From contig JAJFKB010000001.1 in assembly GCA_021773395.1 (NCBI GenBank), positions 65,955 through 129,954 of the forward strand: 64,000 nucleotides of DNA. Reading direction: 5' to 3'. Source of the stretch: Gammaproteobacteria bacterium. GTDB lineage: Bacteria; Pseudomonadota; Gammaproteobacteria; Pseudomonadales; IMCC2047. The notes below the pieces were generated by a model. That model was not told the DNA's origin. It saw only the letters and a list, made by a program, of their open reading frames with translations, and made no database searches. A program made the position numbers and the translations under genes. Of this stretch, positions 46,051 to 58,574 are shown piece after piece. Position 1 is the first letter of the stretch, and every line of letters starts with the position of its first letter.

Positions 46051-47268
46051 CTAGCCATAATTTTTAATGACGTAGTTATTTATTATTGTTTGAAATTCTT
46101 CGGCAATATTATCACCTTTGAGCGTTATTGTGCGCTCTCCATCTACAAAAACAGGAGCCACCGGCGTTTCACCTGTGCCTGGAAGGCTGATACCAATATT
46201 GGCATGCTTACTTTCACCCGGACCATTCACCACACACCCCATCACCGCTACGGTCATCTCCTCTACACCCGGATAAGTTTGACCCCATACTGGCATTTGC
46301 GCGCGCAGATAACTTTGGATTTTATCCGCCAATTCCTGAAAATAAGTGCTCGTCGTGCGCCCGCAGCCGGGACAGGATACGACCATGGGTGTAAATGAAC
46401 GCAGCCCCATCGTCTGCAATATCTCTTGCGCGACCACTACCTCTTTAGTTCGATCACCGCCAGGCTCAGGCGTCAGTGAAATGCGTATCGTATCACCTAT
46501 TCCTTCCTGCAGAAGTACGGCAAGCGCCGCCGTCGAAGCAACAATACCTTTAGAACCCATGCCCGCTTCTGTCAATCCAAGATGCAATGGGTAATCACAT
46601 TGCTTTGCCAACTCCCGATATGTTTGAATCAGTTCCTGCACGGAGCTGGTTTTACAGGAGATTACGATTTGGTCATGTCGCAACCCTATTATTTCAGCAG
46701 CCTTGGCGCTTTGCAGCGCCGAGGCAATCAGCGCCTCCCGCTGCACTAAGGCTAACTCTTTGGGCTCTTTTAATTGACTATTATTATCCAGCATACCAGC
46801 CAACAGCTGTTGATCCAGACTACCCCAATTCACACCGATGCGAACCGGTTTATCATAACGACAGGCCACCTCAATCATAGTGGCAAACTGCTCATCTTTT
46901 TTCTTGCCCCGCCCCACATTACCGGGATTAATTCGATACTTGGCTAATGCTTGCGCGCATTCGGGGAAGCGGGTAAGCAATTTGTGGCCGTTATAGTGGA
47001 AATCTCCGATCAAGGGCACATTGATATCTTGCACCGACAACTGCTCAAATATCCGGGGAATTGCCTTTGCTGCCGCCTCGTTATTGACCGTCAAGCGAAC
47101 CAATTCTGAACCAGCTCGCGCCAAAGCCGACACCTGCGTCACGGTCGATTCAATGTCGGCAGTATCGGTATTAGTCATTGACTGCACTACTACAGGCGAT
47201 CCACCACCCAACGACAGGTTCCCAACCTTTACGCTAGTTGACTGAGGCTTGAGAGATTTTGCCAACAT
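46051..47268 (-). CDS. ispG: 4-hydroxy-3-methylbut-2-en-1-yl diphosphate synthase
   Basis: 405 aa. [15 protein letters not shown] and SCPGCGRT motifs of IspG/GcpE. Confidence 0.92.
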   Translation of the reverse strand: MLAKSLKPQSTSVKVGNLSLGGGSPVVVQSMTNTDTADIESTVTQVSALARAGSELVRLTVNNEAAAKAIPRIFEQLSVQDINVPLIGDFHYNGHKLLTRFPECAQALAKYRINPGNVGRGKKKDEQFATMIEVACRYDKPVRIGVNWGSLDQQLLAGMLDNNSQLKEPKELALVQREALIASALQSAKAAEIIGLRHDQIVISCKTSSVQELIQTYRELAKQCDYPLHLGLTEAGMGSKGIVASTAALAVLLQEGIGDTIRISLTPEPGGDRTKEVVVAQEILQTMGLRSFTPMVVSCPGCGRTTSTYFQELADKIQSYLRAQMPVWGQTYPGVEEMTVAVMGCVVNGPGESKHANIGISLPGTGETPVAPVFVDGERTITLKGDNIAEEFQTIINNYVIKNYG

Positions 47269-47518
47269 ACCTTTTCCTTACACAACGATTTTCCGGCATT
47301 AGCTTCTGCGAATGCCGCAATTGAATTGATTAATTATATCAGGCTGTGATTACAGAAGTATCATCGTTTTAGAACTTAAGAAAATGCGCCGGTTTCTTGA
47401 TCTTTAGCCGTTTTTAGTCTAAACAACTAATACAGTAACACCTCACCAACCAACAGTTCGGATGTTAGCTCGTGTGAAATACAAATCCTGGCTTTTTAAT
47501 CGCGATTAAGAGAGCAAA

Positions 47519-48850
47519 ATGTTTGAACGAAATCTACACAAAATACGTGTTCCCGTGCATCAGATTACGATTGGAATGTACGTTTGCGATCTGGATCGTC
47601 CCTGGCTGGGCACGCCGTTTCCTGTTCAGGGTTTTGAAATAACCTCCCCTGAAGATATACAACTGATCTCGGATATTTGTGAATATATTTACATCGATGT
47701 AAAAAAATCCAAATTAAATCAGCACCTACCGGTAACACAACCTGTTCAAACCCAAGCCACACGAAATGGCCTGTTTAAACGCCTGTTCAGACGCCCAAAT
47801 GAAAGCTCGGCCGCCAAAGATGGTGAGAAGCAGCCGTATAAGGATAAATGCTCCGTTGAGGAGGAGCTCGAGAACGCAGGAAATGCCTACCGAAATACTA
47901 AAGATACCGTCAACGAAATTCTAAAAAACTTCAAATCAGGCCGTGATATTAATATCAATCAGGCCCGAAGAGTTGTCAACGAATGCGTCGAAAGCATCTT
48001 TAATAACAAAGATTCGCTGCTGTGGTTTACCCTTATCAAGAATCGCGATCTCTATACATCCGAGCATTGCCTTAATGTTGCCATTCTATCCATCGCATTC
48101 GGTCGCCACTTGGGACACTCGGAAAAAACCTTAAAAACAATCGGTCTTTGCGGCCTATTGCATGATGTCGGTAAAGTTAAAATTCCTTTGGAAGTACTAA
48201 ACAAGGAAGGTACTTTTACCCAGGAAGAGTTCGAAATCATGAAGCAGCATCCAGTTCACGGACGCGACTATCTGGAGAAGCAGTCAGGCATTATCCCTGA
48301 AGCCATCGATGTTACCTATGGACACCATGAAAAAATAGATGGGTCTGGCTACCCGCAGGGCCTATGTGGATCGCAGATACCTTACTTTGCAAAACTGGTG
48401 GCTATCACAGATGCTTACGATGCCATCACCAGCGATCGCAGCTATCAGAATGCCCGCTCCACATTACAGGCACAAAAAATACTTTATGAAGCTGCCGGAA
48501 GCCATTTTGATGAAGAGCTGATCAGAGGTTTTATTCAATGGCTGGGCATATATCCACCCGGCAGCATTATTGAAATGACCAATGGTGAGGCCGGAATCGT
48601 TTTATCGGTCAACCCAAAATATAAATTAAAGCCGCGCGTGGTATTGCTGGTTGACGAGGAAAAGCACTCAAGGCCACAACGAATTGTGGATCTATCCAAG
48701 ATCGACCTGGATCGCCAGGGCAAAGAGTACAAAATCAAAACCTCCCACCCCAACAATAGCTTTGGTATCGACCTGACGGAGTATCAACAAAAAGGCTTGG
48801 TTCTCCAGGCGGCCGACCAGCAAAGCAAAGAAGCCATCACCAGTAGTTAG
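47519..48850 (+). CDS. HD-GYP domain c-di-GMP phosphodiesterase with N-terminal DUF3391-like domain
   Basis: 443 aa. LLHDVGKVKIP and HHEKIDGSGYPQGL (HD...GYP). Confidence 0.88.
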   Translation: MFERNLHKIRVPVHQITIGMYVCDLDRPWLGTPFPVQGFEITSPEDIQLISDICEYIYIDVKKSKLNQHLPVTQPVQTQATRNGLFKRLFRRPNESSAAKDGEKQPYKDKCSVEEELENAGNAYRNTKDTVNEILKNFKSGRDININQARRVVNECVESIFNNKDSLLWFTLIKNRDLYTSEHCLNVAILSIAFGRHLGHSEKTLKTIGLCGLLHDVGKVKIPLEVLNKEGTFTQEEFEIMKQHPVHGRDYLEKQSGIIPEAIDVTYGHHEKIDGSGYPQGLCGSQIPYFAKLVAITDAYDAITSDRSYQNARSTLQAQKILYEAAGSHFDEELIRGFIQWLGIYPPGSIIEMTNGEAGIVLSVNPKYKLKPRVVLLVDEEKHSRPQRIVDLSKIDLDRQGKEYKIKTSHPNNSFGIDLTEYQQKGLVLQAADQQSKEAITSS

Positions 48851-48884
48851 CGGCTAGTAGACCGGCTCTCTAAAAAAAGGGGTA

Positions 48885-50183
<1,299 letters not shown>

Positions 50184-50243
50184 TCAATAAAGCTACAATT
50201 CTTGATAAAAATCTACCCAATAGAACTTATGGGCAGGTGCAAA

Positions 50244-51425
50244 TCAAATGGGTTCTACCACCCACTCTCCATCATACTCAACTAATTGCCGATCGCAGTC
50301 CAGCTGCTGTTCAGCGGCGACATCACCCGGCAACTGGTAAACCACTGTTTGTCCTTGTTCACGCAAATCTCTCACAATCCCTGCTAAGCGGCTATCAGCG
50401 TTACGTGGTGACAGCACAGCTTTTTGCGGCAGGGGTTGTGTCGAGATTAATTTAATCAAGGCTTTTAAATCGGCACTAAACCCCGTGGCTGCCCTCGCTC
50501 GCCCAAAAACCTTTCCAATATCATCGTAACGCCCACCCTTTGCAATCGCCTGACCGAATCCTGCGACATAAATGGAATAGACTAAACTGGTGTGATATTG
50601 ATACCCTCTTAACTCAGCCAAATCAAAATACAGATCAATTCCGGAGTAAGATTTCAGCAAATCCTCTCCCAATGTCTGCAACAAAGTTAAGGCCCGCTTA
50701 ACGGATTCCGGTGCCGCAGATAATGCCACTTCTGCATCGGCCAATACTTCGATATTGCCATTTAAACTGACTAGCGCCGATAACATCTGCGCCACGCCAA
50801 CGTCGCTGATATTTTGCGTAACAAACTGCTCAATATCTGCTTTTGCCTTGCTTTGCAGCAGCCCGAATAATTCAGCTTCCTGATCTGCATCCAACTCCGC
50901 AACCGCGACCAGATCACGGTAGATGCCCACATGCCCAAGGTCGAGATGAAGTTGCCCGGCACCCGCTATCGTTACCGTCTCAATCATCAAACTGATAATT
51001 TCACAATCAGCAGCCATGTCAGGGCACCCGTAGAGCTCTGCCCCCATTTGAATCGGGCTACGCGAAGAAAGCATATTGGGCGGCCGGGTATGCAAAACGC
51101 TCCCACCATAGCAGAAGCGCGCCGGCCCTGCGTGTTTCATGCTGTGTGCGTCAATCCGTGCGACCTGAGGCGTCATGTCGGCACGCACCCCCATCATTCG
51201 ACCGGTTAACTGATCAGTGACCCGATAGGTTTGCAAATCAAGATCGGAGCCGATTCCCGTTAAGAGGGAGTCTATGTATTCAATATAAGGGGTAATGACT
51301 AACTCGTAGCCCCAACTGCGGTAAAGATCCAGCAACTCTCGCCTTAATGTCTCGGCACACCAAGCCTGGGGAGGCAGGACCTCTTCAATACCATCTGGTA
51401 ACAACCAACGATTTGAGTCCGTCAT
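50244..51425 (-). CDS. hisZ: ATP phosphoribosyltransferase regulatory subunit
   Basis: The ORF is open to 51452, but MTDSNRWLLPDGIEEVLP at 51425 is the typical HisZ N-terminus. HisRS-like fold without an anticodon domain. hisZ-purA synteny. Confidence 0.86.
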   Translation of the reverse strand: MTDSNRWLLPDGIEEVLPPQAWCAETLRRELLDLYRSWGYELVITPYIEYIDSLLTGIGSDLDLQTYRVTDQLTGRMMGVRADMTPQVARIDAHSMKHAGPARFCYGGSVLHTRPPNMLSSRSPIQMGAELYGCPDMAADCEIISLMIETVTIAGAGQLHLDLGHVGIYRDLVAVAELDADQEAELFGLLQSKAKADIEQFVTQNISDVGVAQMLSALVSLNGNIEVLADAEVALSAAPESVKRALTLLQTLGEDLLKSYSGIDLYFDLAELRGYQYHTSLVYSIYVAGFGQAIAKGGRYDDIGKVFGRARAATGFSADLKALIKLISTQPLPQKAVLSPRNADSRLAGIVRDLREQGQTVVYQLPGDVAAEQQLDCDRQLVEYDGEWVVEPI

Positions 51426-51466
51426 CTTTATCTCTATTTCTACAAATACCAATGCGCAAATAACAC

Positions 51467-51676
51467 CTAATTGACCAGATACAATACGCCTGTACCAATC
51501 AACATGCTGATCAGGCCCATAATGCGCATACTGCGATCATCGACCTCAGCCAGGAATTGAACCATGCTTCGCCAGCGTCTCGGTGCTATGAAAGGCACAA
51601 TACCCTCAATCACCATCATTAAGCAGAATGCTACGGCTAGCTCATGCCAGAAATTCAATTCAAATCCACCTTTCAT
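51467..51676 (-). CDS. yjeT: DUF2065 small membrane protein (YjeT-like)
   Basis: 69 aa with two TM segments. The position between hflC and hisZ/purA matches the enteric hflKC-yjeT-purA arrangement. Confidence 0.7.
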   Translation of the reverse strand: MKGGFELNFWHELAVAFCLMMVIEGIVPFIAPRRWRSMVQFLAEVDDRSMRIMGLISMLIGTGVLYLVN

Positions 51677-51707
51677 AAAAAAGCCGGACGTACACCGTAC
51701 CTCCGGC
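51677..51707 (-). terminator. hairpin plus U6 between hflC and yjeT, abutting the yjeT ATG
   Basis: The minus strand reads GCCGGAgGTAC-GGT-GTACgTCCGGC-TTTTTT-ATG (6+4 bp stem). Confidence 0.45.
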
Positions 51708-51808
51708 TAGCGGCTGATTAAACCGCGCGATTATAACAAATTTCTGCGTTTAAATAACTAGGAGATCCAGGATTAATATCATGATCTCCAAGGTTTTTTA
51801 ACAGCTAT

Positions 51809-52675
51809 CTATTTCTTCTTATTTAAGTACTTGAAGAAATCACTATCAGGCTCCAGAACAAGCAGGTCGCCTTTATTACCAAATGTTTCCTTGTAGGCGT
51901 TTAAGCTTCTATAAAACGCGTAAAACTCTGGATCCTGCTGATAGGCCTCAGCGTAAATAGAGGCGGCGCGGGCATCACCATCACCGCGAATTTTTTCTGA
52001 ATCACGAAATGCCTCTGCTTCAATAACAGTTTGCTGTCGATCGGCATCAGCCTCAATACCCTCAGCAAGCTCTTTACCTTTAGCGCGGTGATCTCTTGCC
52101 TCTTTCTCTCGCTCGGTGGCCATTCTACTAAATACCGAGTTGCTGACTTCCGGGGGCAGATTAATCCCCTTGACCCTGACATCCAACACCTCCATACCCA
52201 GCTCCTGCTGTGCAATTTGATTCAGCTCCAGAGTCAGTTCCTGCATCAATTCATCGCGCTCGCCCGATACCACCTCGTGCATTGACCGTTCACCAAACTG
52301 ATTACGCAGTCCAGTATCGACGCGCGAAGAAAGCAGCCGAGCGGCCACAAATTCATCACCAGAAGTTGCTGTATAGTACTTTTCAACTGACCGAATACGC
52401 CACTTGACAAAGGAATCCACGATAACCGCTTTTTGCTCCAGGGTGAGAAAGCGCTGCGGCCTCGCATCGAGCGTTAGCAACCGGCCATCGAACTTTCTAA
52501 CTTTATTTACAATTGGTATCTTAAAATGAAGGCCAGGCTGAACATCCGCCTCTACAACCTCACCAAATTTAAGCAGCACGGCACGCTCGCGTTCGCTTAC
52601 GATATACAAACACTGGGAGACAATAAACAGGCCCAGCAAAACTATGACTATTGAGAATGCAGATTTAGGTCCCAT
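51809..52675 (-). CDS. hflC: FtsH protease modulator HflC
   Basis: 288 aa with an N-terminal TM and an SPFH/band-7 domain. Follows hflK by 1 nt. Confidence 0.92.
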   Translation of the reverse strand: MGPKSAFSIVIVLLGLFIVSQCLYIVSERERAVLLKFGEVVEADVQPGLHFKIPIVNKVRKFDGRLLTLDARPQRFLTLEQKAVIVDSFVKWRIRSVEKYYTATSGDEFVAARLLSSRVDTGLRNQFGERSMHEVVSGERDELMQELTLELNQIAQQELGMEVLDVRVKGINLPPEVSNSVFSRMATEREKEARDHRAKGKELAEGIEADADRQQTVIEAEAFRDSEKIRGDGDARAASIYAEAYQQDPEFYAFYRSLNAYKETFGNKGDLLVLEPDSDFFKYLNKKK

Positions 52676-52676
52676 G

Positions 52677-53840
52677 TTAACGGCCCTCCCTTAGCCGACC
52701 ACCGGCCTGCCGGTCTCTCATTCGGTCGACCACCTGATTGGTTAACTCCTCCAACTGACGCGAATTAACGGTAGCACCGGAACCGGTCGAGCCAGCATTT
52801 GCACCGACCAGTTTATCAAGAGGCAAGTACATCATATTGTTTCCACCTTTGACATCCACCAGTATTTTTGTGCTATTCGACAATACGCTTTGCATTGCAT
52901 CAATATAAATACGCTCCCGGGTCACGCTCGGTGCCTTTTGGTACTCTGTCAACAGCTTGAGAAAACGATTCGCCTCACCTTCGGCCCTGGCAACCACCTG
53001 TTCACGATAGGCACTTGCTTCCTCCCTGACCCTTTGAGCATATCCTCTGGCCACCGGAATAATGCCATTAGCATAGGCTTCAGCCTCATTCTTCACCCTT
53101 TGCTCATCTTCTCGCGCCTTAATCACATCATCAAAAGCCGCCTGCACTTCCTTGGGTGCCTGGGCATTTTCGATATTGACCTTGCTGATTTGCAGCCCGG
53201 TACCGTAACGATCAAGATAGCCCTGTAATCGAATCTGTACATCCTGAGCTATCAGTTCCCGACCTTCGGTCAGAACCTGGTGCATCTCCCCACTGCCAAC
53301 CACATGACGCAGCGCGCTCTCATTGGCATGTACCAGACTCAACTCCGGATCACGCACATTCAAGTAAAACTTTCGCGGATCGGAAACGACATATTGGACT
53401 GATAAATTGATTTCTACGATATTTTCATCTTCGGTCAGCATCGTACCGCGCGAGCTATGCGAGCGGACTTTCGTCACATTAACTTTTTCGACCCGATCCA
53501 CAAGCGGCGGATTCCACTGCAATCCTGGCTGCACCGTTTCCAGAAACTTACCCAAACGCAACACCACGCCTCGCTCTTGCTGATCAATGGTATAGAACCC
53601 CATCAGCGCCCATACAACCACCGCACCAACTAGAATCAGAGCAAAAGCACCTCCACTTATTTTTCCCGAACCAGATCCTGACCCACCTTTACCACCAAAA
53701 ATTTTACCCAGCTGACCCTGCAGCTTGCGCAGGGCTTCATCTAAGTCGGGGGGGCCCTGGTTTCCACCATCTTTTTTCCCGCCCCAAGGGTCTTTGTCGT
53801 TCTGATTACCCGGCTCATTCCAGGCCATAGCCTTCTCCAT
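52677..53840 (-). CDS. hflK: FtsH protease modulator HflK
   Basis: 387 aa. Gly-rich N-terminus (MAWNEPGNQNDKDPWGG), a TM segment and an SPFH domain. Confidence 0.92.
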   Translation of the reverse strand: MEKAMAWNEPGNQNDKDPWGGKKDGGNQGPPDLDEALRKLQGQLGKIFGGKGGSGSGSGKISGGAFALILVGAVVVWALMGFYTIDQQERGVVLRLGKFLETVQPGLQWNPPLVDRVEKVNVTKVRSHSSRGTMLTEDENIVEINLSVQYVVSDPRKFYLNVRDPELSLVHANESALRHVVGSGEMHQVLTEGRELIAQDVQIRLQGYLDRYGTGLQISKVNIENAQAPKEVQAAFDDVIKAREDEQRVKNEAEAYANGIIPVARGYAQRVREEASAYREQVVARAEGEANRFLKLLTEYQKAPSVTRERIYIDAMQSVLSNSTKILVDVKGGNNMMYLPLDKLVGANAGSTGSGATVNSRQLEELTNQVVDRMRDRQAGGRLREGR

Positions 53841-53954
53841 CTATAGTTTGTCGGCGTCATCGCTCAGCACAACAAACCCATTAATTAAAGAAATTGTCTC
53901 GCATTCTAGAGCCCAGATCCGGCCCCTGCAAGCATAATCGAAATCGACGCCAGG

Positions 53955-55214
53955 TTAATTCCGCGCCATTATTCTATCCAAATCCTTTTTCGGCAAACAT
54001 ACTTGCATCAGATATTCGCCTGTTTCATTCACCTTCTCATCCAATACTGCGCCCTGCCGGTAAAATTCAGCACGCAGCCGCCCCTTATCTGCTGGAATTC
54101 GCAGTTCCTTTCTCACCATGTTCTGAGCCAGATTTTCGCTAATTGCCTGCAACAAAAGATCCACGCCCGTCCCGGATTGCGCGGACATCCATACACGCCA
54201 AGGCCGTCCTGACTCATCACGATCAATACGCGGCTCCATTTTATCCATCATGTCGATTTTGTTATATACCAGCAAGCGGGGCACTTGCTCAGCCTTGATT
54301 TCATTGAGCACGAAATTAACCTGCTCCATATTCACATCACGATTTACATCCGCCGCATCCACTACGTGCAACAACAGATTAGCATCGCTGGTTTCCTGTA
54401 ATGTAGCCCGAAAAGCCTCAACCAGTTTGTGAGGCAAATGACGTATAAAACCCACCGTATCAGCCAAAACGATCGCGCCTAAGCCATCAACTTCTATACG
54501 TCGCAGCGTTGGGTCCAAGGTTGCGAATAACTGATCCTGCGTATAAACGTTTGCATCCGTGAGTCTGTTAAACAGCGTTGACTTACCTGCGTTGGTATAG
54601 CCCACTAACGCTGCTGTTGCCAACTCTGCGCGCTTGCGCGCCTGCCGCCCCTGACTTCGTTGTTGCCGCACCTTGACCAACTTTGCTTTGATCGTTTTAA
54701 TACGAGCGCGCAATAATCGACGATCAGTTTCAAGCTGGGTTTCACCCGGCCCACGCAGTCCAATACCACCTTTCTGTCGTTCGAGGTGGGTCCAACCACG
54801 GATTAGCCGGGTAGATATATACTGCAACTGGGCCAGCTCAACCTGCAATTTGCCTTCATGGGTCCGCGCCCGCTGCGCAAAAATATCGAGAATCAGCCCG
54901 GTTCGATCAAGCACTCTGCACTTTAACGCTTGCTCTAGGTTACGTTCCTGACTGGGGGTTAAGGCATGGTTAAAGAGTACTAATTCGGCATCATTCGCAA
55001 CTGCGACTTGACGAATTTCTTCAACTTTTCCTGCACCAACAAAGTATTTTGGATTCGGTTGAGAGAGACGCGCAGTCAACATGGCGGCCATATCCACACC
55101 CGCCGATCTGACCAGCTCCTGAAATTCTATACAGTCTTCCTGCTCCGACTCATCAGTGAGATCGAGATGGACCAGAATAGCTTTCTCACTACTTTGCGGA
55201 CGCTCAAAAAACAA
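53955..55214 (-). CDS. hflX: ribosome-associated GTPase HflX
   Basis: 419 aa. HflX N-domain, then G1 GYTNAGKST, G3 DTVGF and G4 NKID. Confidence 0.92.
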   Translation of the reverse strand: MFFERPQSSEKAILVHLDLTDESEQEDCIEFQELVRSAGVDMAAMLTARLSQPNPKYFVGAGKVEEIRQVAVANDAELVLFNHALTPSQERNLEQALKCRVLDRTGLILDIFAQRARTHEGKLQVELAQLQYISTRLIRGWTHLERQKGGIGLRGPGETQLETDRRLLRARIKTIKAKLVKVRQQRSQGRQARKRAELATAALVGYTNAGKSTLFNRLTDANVYTQDQLFATLDPTLRRIEVDGLGAIVLADTVGFIRHLPHKLVEAFRATLQETSDANLLLHVVDAADVNRDVNMEQVNFVLNEIKAEQVPRLLVYNKIDMMDKMEPRIDRDESGRPWRVWMSAQSGTGVDLLLQAISENLAQNMVRKELRIPADKGRLRAEFYRQGAVLDEKVNETGEYLMQVCLPKKDLDRIMARN

Positions 55215-55242
55215 AAATACTGCCCAACCTCTGAGTGTGCTG

Positions 55243-55476
55243 CTATTTATTCATTTCCGCCGCTGGAATCTGTACATTTCGCGCGGGCACTACCGTAGAA
55301 ATCGCGTGTTTATACACCATCTGGCTGACTGAATTCTTTAGCAATATAACAAACTGATCAAAAGACTCTATCTGCCCTTGCAATTTAATTCCATTTACCA
55401 GAAAAATAGAGACCTGTACCCGCTCTTTCCGTAAAGCGTTTAAAAAAGGGTCTTGTAATGTATGCCCCTTTGACAT
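55243..55476 (-). CDS. hfq: RNA chaperone Hfq
   Basis: 77 aa. [64 protein letters not shown] is canonical Hfq. Confidence 0.96.
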   Translation of the reverse strand: MSKGHTLQDPFLNALRKERVQVSIFLVNGIKLQGQIESFDQFVILLKNSVSQMVYKHAISTVVPARNVQIPAAEMNK

Positions 55477-55539
55477 TGAAATTGCTCCTGTATTACTTCA
55501 GTATCGCTACCGAATTTTTATCTTATTGTTCTGCTGGCG

Positions 55540-55548
55540 ATTATAACA
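55540..55548 (-). promoter_or_regulatory. extended -10 element TGTTATAAT upstream of hfq
   Basis: The reverse complement of attataaca at 55540-55548 is TGTTATAAT, 64 nt upstream of the hfq ATG. I saw no convincing -35. Confidence 0.3.
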
Positions 55549-55794
55549 ACAAAAGCCAACGCCCGCCTTTGGATATAGCCTCTGAAGCTAAACTATCCCC
55601 TGATAACCAACATAATTCAACTAAATAATCTGCCCAGATTCCTTTTTTAGGCAAATGTATCAGGAGATTTGCCCTTGTCGCTGCCCAATTGTTTTACGAG
55701 CAGCCTATAATCTTTTGCACCCCCTAAAACTGGAGACAAAACAAAAGGCTTTTAATTCCCTTCCAAGGACAACAAATTTACACAAATACAGCTA

Positions 55795-56745
55795 TTACCC
55801 CGTTTTATATGGAGGCAATTCCAGCATTTTCAAGATTGTACCAGACAAATCCTCATCATTCATATTGAGCCAATTAAGCGGCGACCAGCTGCGCAACCAG
55901 GTTAGCTGTCTTTTTGCCAGCTGTCGGGTCGCAATTATCGCTTTATCAATCATTTGCTCATAGCTCAAGCTTCCCTCAAGGTACTGCCATACCTGGCGAT
56001 AGCCTACCGCACGCAACGCCGGTAAATTGCCATTTAAGTCGCCGCGCCGATATAGTACACCAACTTCATCGACCAACCCCTGCGCCAGCATAGCCTGAAA
56101 TCTATCCTCGATGCGTTGATGCAATTCACTTCTTTCTTGTGGTGCAATAGCGAAGTTCACCAGCTGAAAACGACCCACGCCTTCTGTATCCAAGCCCTGC
56201 TTTTGCCAGTGCTGCCCCATCGGCAACCCGGTGAGTTCATAGACTTCCAGTGCTCGCATCAACCTTTGCGGATTATTGGGGTGTATCTTTTTTGCAGCAA
56301 CGGGGTCAATCTGCTGCAGCTTTTTATAGAGTCTTTCCCAGCCGCCTCGATCCGCCTCATCCTGAATTTGCTTTCGCACTCGCTCATCTGCTGCGGGCAT
56401 CGCCGCAATGCCCTCGCTGAGCACCTTAAAGTAAAGCATCGTACCACCGACCAACAGAGGAATACGGCCCGCCTGCACGATTTCATCCATTTCCCTGAGC
56501 GCATCGAGACGAAAATCTGCTGCCGAGTAGGGTTGAGAGGGATCCCTAATATCTATCAAGCGGTGGGGCGCCCTGGCGAGCACTTCAGGACCAGGCTTAG
56601 CCGTCCCTATATCCATACCACGATAAACCAGACTTGAATCAACACTGATAATATCGCAGGGCAACCTCTGTACTAACTGTTCAGCCAACTCCGTTTTGCC
56701 AGTCGCCGTTGGGCCCATTAAGCAGATAGCAAGCGGCTTGCTCAC
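55795..56745 (-). CDS. miaA: tRNA dimethylallyltransferase
   Basis: 316 aa. The MGPTATGKTELA P-loop and IISVDSSLVYRGMDIGTAKP. Confidence 0.93.
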   Translation of the reverse strand: MSKPLAICLMGPTATGKTELAEQLVQRLPCDIISVDSSLVYRGMDIGTAKPGPEVLARAPHRLIDIRDPSQPYSAADFRLDALREMDEIVQAGRIPLLVGGTMLYFKVLSEGIAAMPAADERVRKQIQDEADRGGWERLYKKLQQIDPVAAKKIHPNNPQRLMRALEVYELTGLPMGQHWQKQGLDTEGVGRFQLVNFAIAPQERSELHQRIEDRFQAMLAQGLVDEVGVLYRRGDLNGNLPALRAVGYRQVWQYLEGSLSYEQMIDKAIIATRQLAKRQLTWLRSWSPLNWLNMNDEDLSGTILKMLELPPYKTG

Positions 56746-58574
56746 TAGCGCCCCCTCAGGAACAGCTTATCAAGTTCAGCAAGACTCAAACTGGTCCAGG
56801 TTGGCCGGCCATGGTTGCACTGACCACTGCGCTCGGTGAGCTCCATTTCTCTTAATAGAGCATTCATTTCCGGCAGAGACAATTGTCGATTGGCTCGCAC
56901 GGAACCATGACACGCCATGGTACTCAATATTTCATTGATATGCTGCTGTATACGGTCGCTCTGTCCGTGCTCTAGCATATCGGTCAGAACATCCCTCACC
57001 AGCGTTTCTACATTTGAGTTACATAGCAACATGGGCACCTGCCTGACCAACAGTGTTTCAGGTCCCGCTCGCTCAATCAAAAAGCCCAGCTCTTCAAATA
57101 TGGAATGACAGTCCTCCGCACAGGTCGCTTCGGTTTCACTCACTGCCAAAGAGACAGGCACCAGCAATGGCTGTGCTTGTACGCCTTTTTGCGCATGGCT
57201 GAGTTTCATTTTTTCATAGGTTATACGCTCATGAGCCGCGTGCATATCAACGATCACCAGACCCTGTAAATTTTGTGCGAGAATATAAATCCCTTGTAAT
57301 TGAGCCAGCGCAAAACCCAAGGGCGGCGACCGCTCCTCTGAATCAGGAAGACCAGCTACAGACATCGTTCCACTTTCTTCAGATCCTGCCAATTGATCAA
57401 CCGCTTCAGCTAAACGCTGATAACCGCCTAATTGCTCCCCAATTCGCTGTTCAGTATACCGAAATCCAAACGATCCAGAGTAAGGCGATCCCGGGCCATT
57501 ATATTCGCGCGAAACCTGCTGTTCGCGCGACTGACTATAGAGGGCCTCTGGAACACCAGCCTCTTGCGCAGGCCGAATATCGGCTAACGCGCGATGCAAT
57601 GTGCTAAAAATAAAATCGTGCACTAGCCTGCCATTACGAAAACGCACCTCATTTTTGGTGGGATGGACATTTACATCGACTAAAGCCGGGTCTATTTTCA
57701 GATATAAGATATAGGTTGGATGGCGCCCGTGATAAAGCACATCGGCATAGGCCTGTCGAACCGCATGGGTCACTAATTTATCCCTTACTGCTCGACCATT
57801 TACAAAAAAGTACTGAAGATCCGCCTGACTGCGTGAAAACGTAGGAGATCCCACCCAACCATGAATATTCACACCGGCACCTTCAACGTCTATATGAATA
57901 GCGTGCTCCATAAAAGCTGAACCGCAGAGTGACATCACTCTGCGCTCCTTATCCTGTGCGGTCGCTGCAGGCTTCAGTGAATGAATGACGCGCTGATTGT
58001 GTCGTAACTGAAACCCTACATCAAAGCGGCTTAACGCAATGCGCTTAAGGATCTCCTCCAGGTGGCGAAACTCTGTTTTTTCGGTGCGCAGGAATTTGCG
58101 CCTTGCCGGGGTATTAAAAAACAGATCCCTGACTTCTACTGTGCATCCAACCGGATGAGCTGCAGGACTAACACTAGCTTCCATCTCCTGACCAGCACAC
58201 TCCACTTTCCAGGCACTATCTTGATAGTCAGTTCCTGAGACTAAACTAACCCTTGCCACAGAGGCGATACTGGCTAGCGCCTCACCGCGAAACCCAAGAC
58301 TAGAGACTCGCTCCAGATCCTCTAACTCGGTTATTTTGCTGGTAGCATGGCGACTTAATGCGAGTGGCAGGTCATCGCTCATAATGCCGCAACCATTATC
58401 TCTAACCCGAATTAGCCGCACGCCACCCTGCTCAATATCCAGGTCAATCTGCCGGGCTCCCGCGTCCAGTGAATTTTCGAGCAGTTCTTTGACCACGGAG
58501 GAGGGGCGTTCAACAACCTCACCCGCAGCGATTTGGTTCGCCAGTCGCGGCGAAAGAAGTTTAATTCGTGACAT
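56745..58574 (-). CDS. mutL: DNA mismatch repair protein MutL
   Basis: 609 aa. [33 protein letters not shown] ATPase N-terminus and a C-terminal dimerisation domain. One-nt overlap with miaA. Confidence 0.93.
   Translation of the reverse strand: MSRIKLLSPRLANQIAAGEVVERPSSVVKELLENSLDAGARQIDLDIEQGGVRLIRVRDNGCGIMSDDLPLALSRHATSKITELEDLERVSSLGFRGEALASIASVARVSLVSGTDYQDSAWKVECAGQEMEASVSPAAHPVGCTVEVRDLFFNTPARRKFLRTEKTEFRHLEEILKRIALSRFDVGFQLRHNQRVIHSLKPAATAQDKERRVMSLCGSAFMEHAIHIDVEGAGVNIHGWVGSPTFSRSQADLQYFFVNGRAVRDKLVTHAVRQAYADVLYHGRHPTYILYLKIDPALVDVNVHPTKNEVRFRNGRLVHDFIFSTLHRALADIRPAQEAGVPEALYSQSREQQVSREYNGPGSPYSGSFGFRYTEQRIGEQLGGYQRLAEAVDQLAGSEESGTMSVAGLPDSEERSPPLGFALAQLQGIYILAQNLQGLVIVDMHAAHERITYEKMKLSHAQKGVQAQPLLVPVSLAVSETEATCAEDCHSIFEELGFLIERAGPETLLVRQVPMLLCNSNVETLVRDVLTDMLEHGQSDRIQQHINEILSTMACHGSVRANRQLSLPEMNALLREMELTERSGQCNHGRPTWTSLSLAELDKLFLRGR

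Noticed and set aside
47379-47390. Recurrence of AGAACTTAAG (also at 34750-34759), considered as a shared regulatory motif between the ispG/HD-GYP intergenic region and the aro leader region.
   Set aside because: It is a single 10-nt match in 64 kb on two strands. That is within chance expectation once many possible words are considered, and there is no functional link between the flanking genes.
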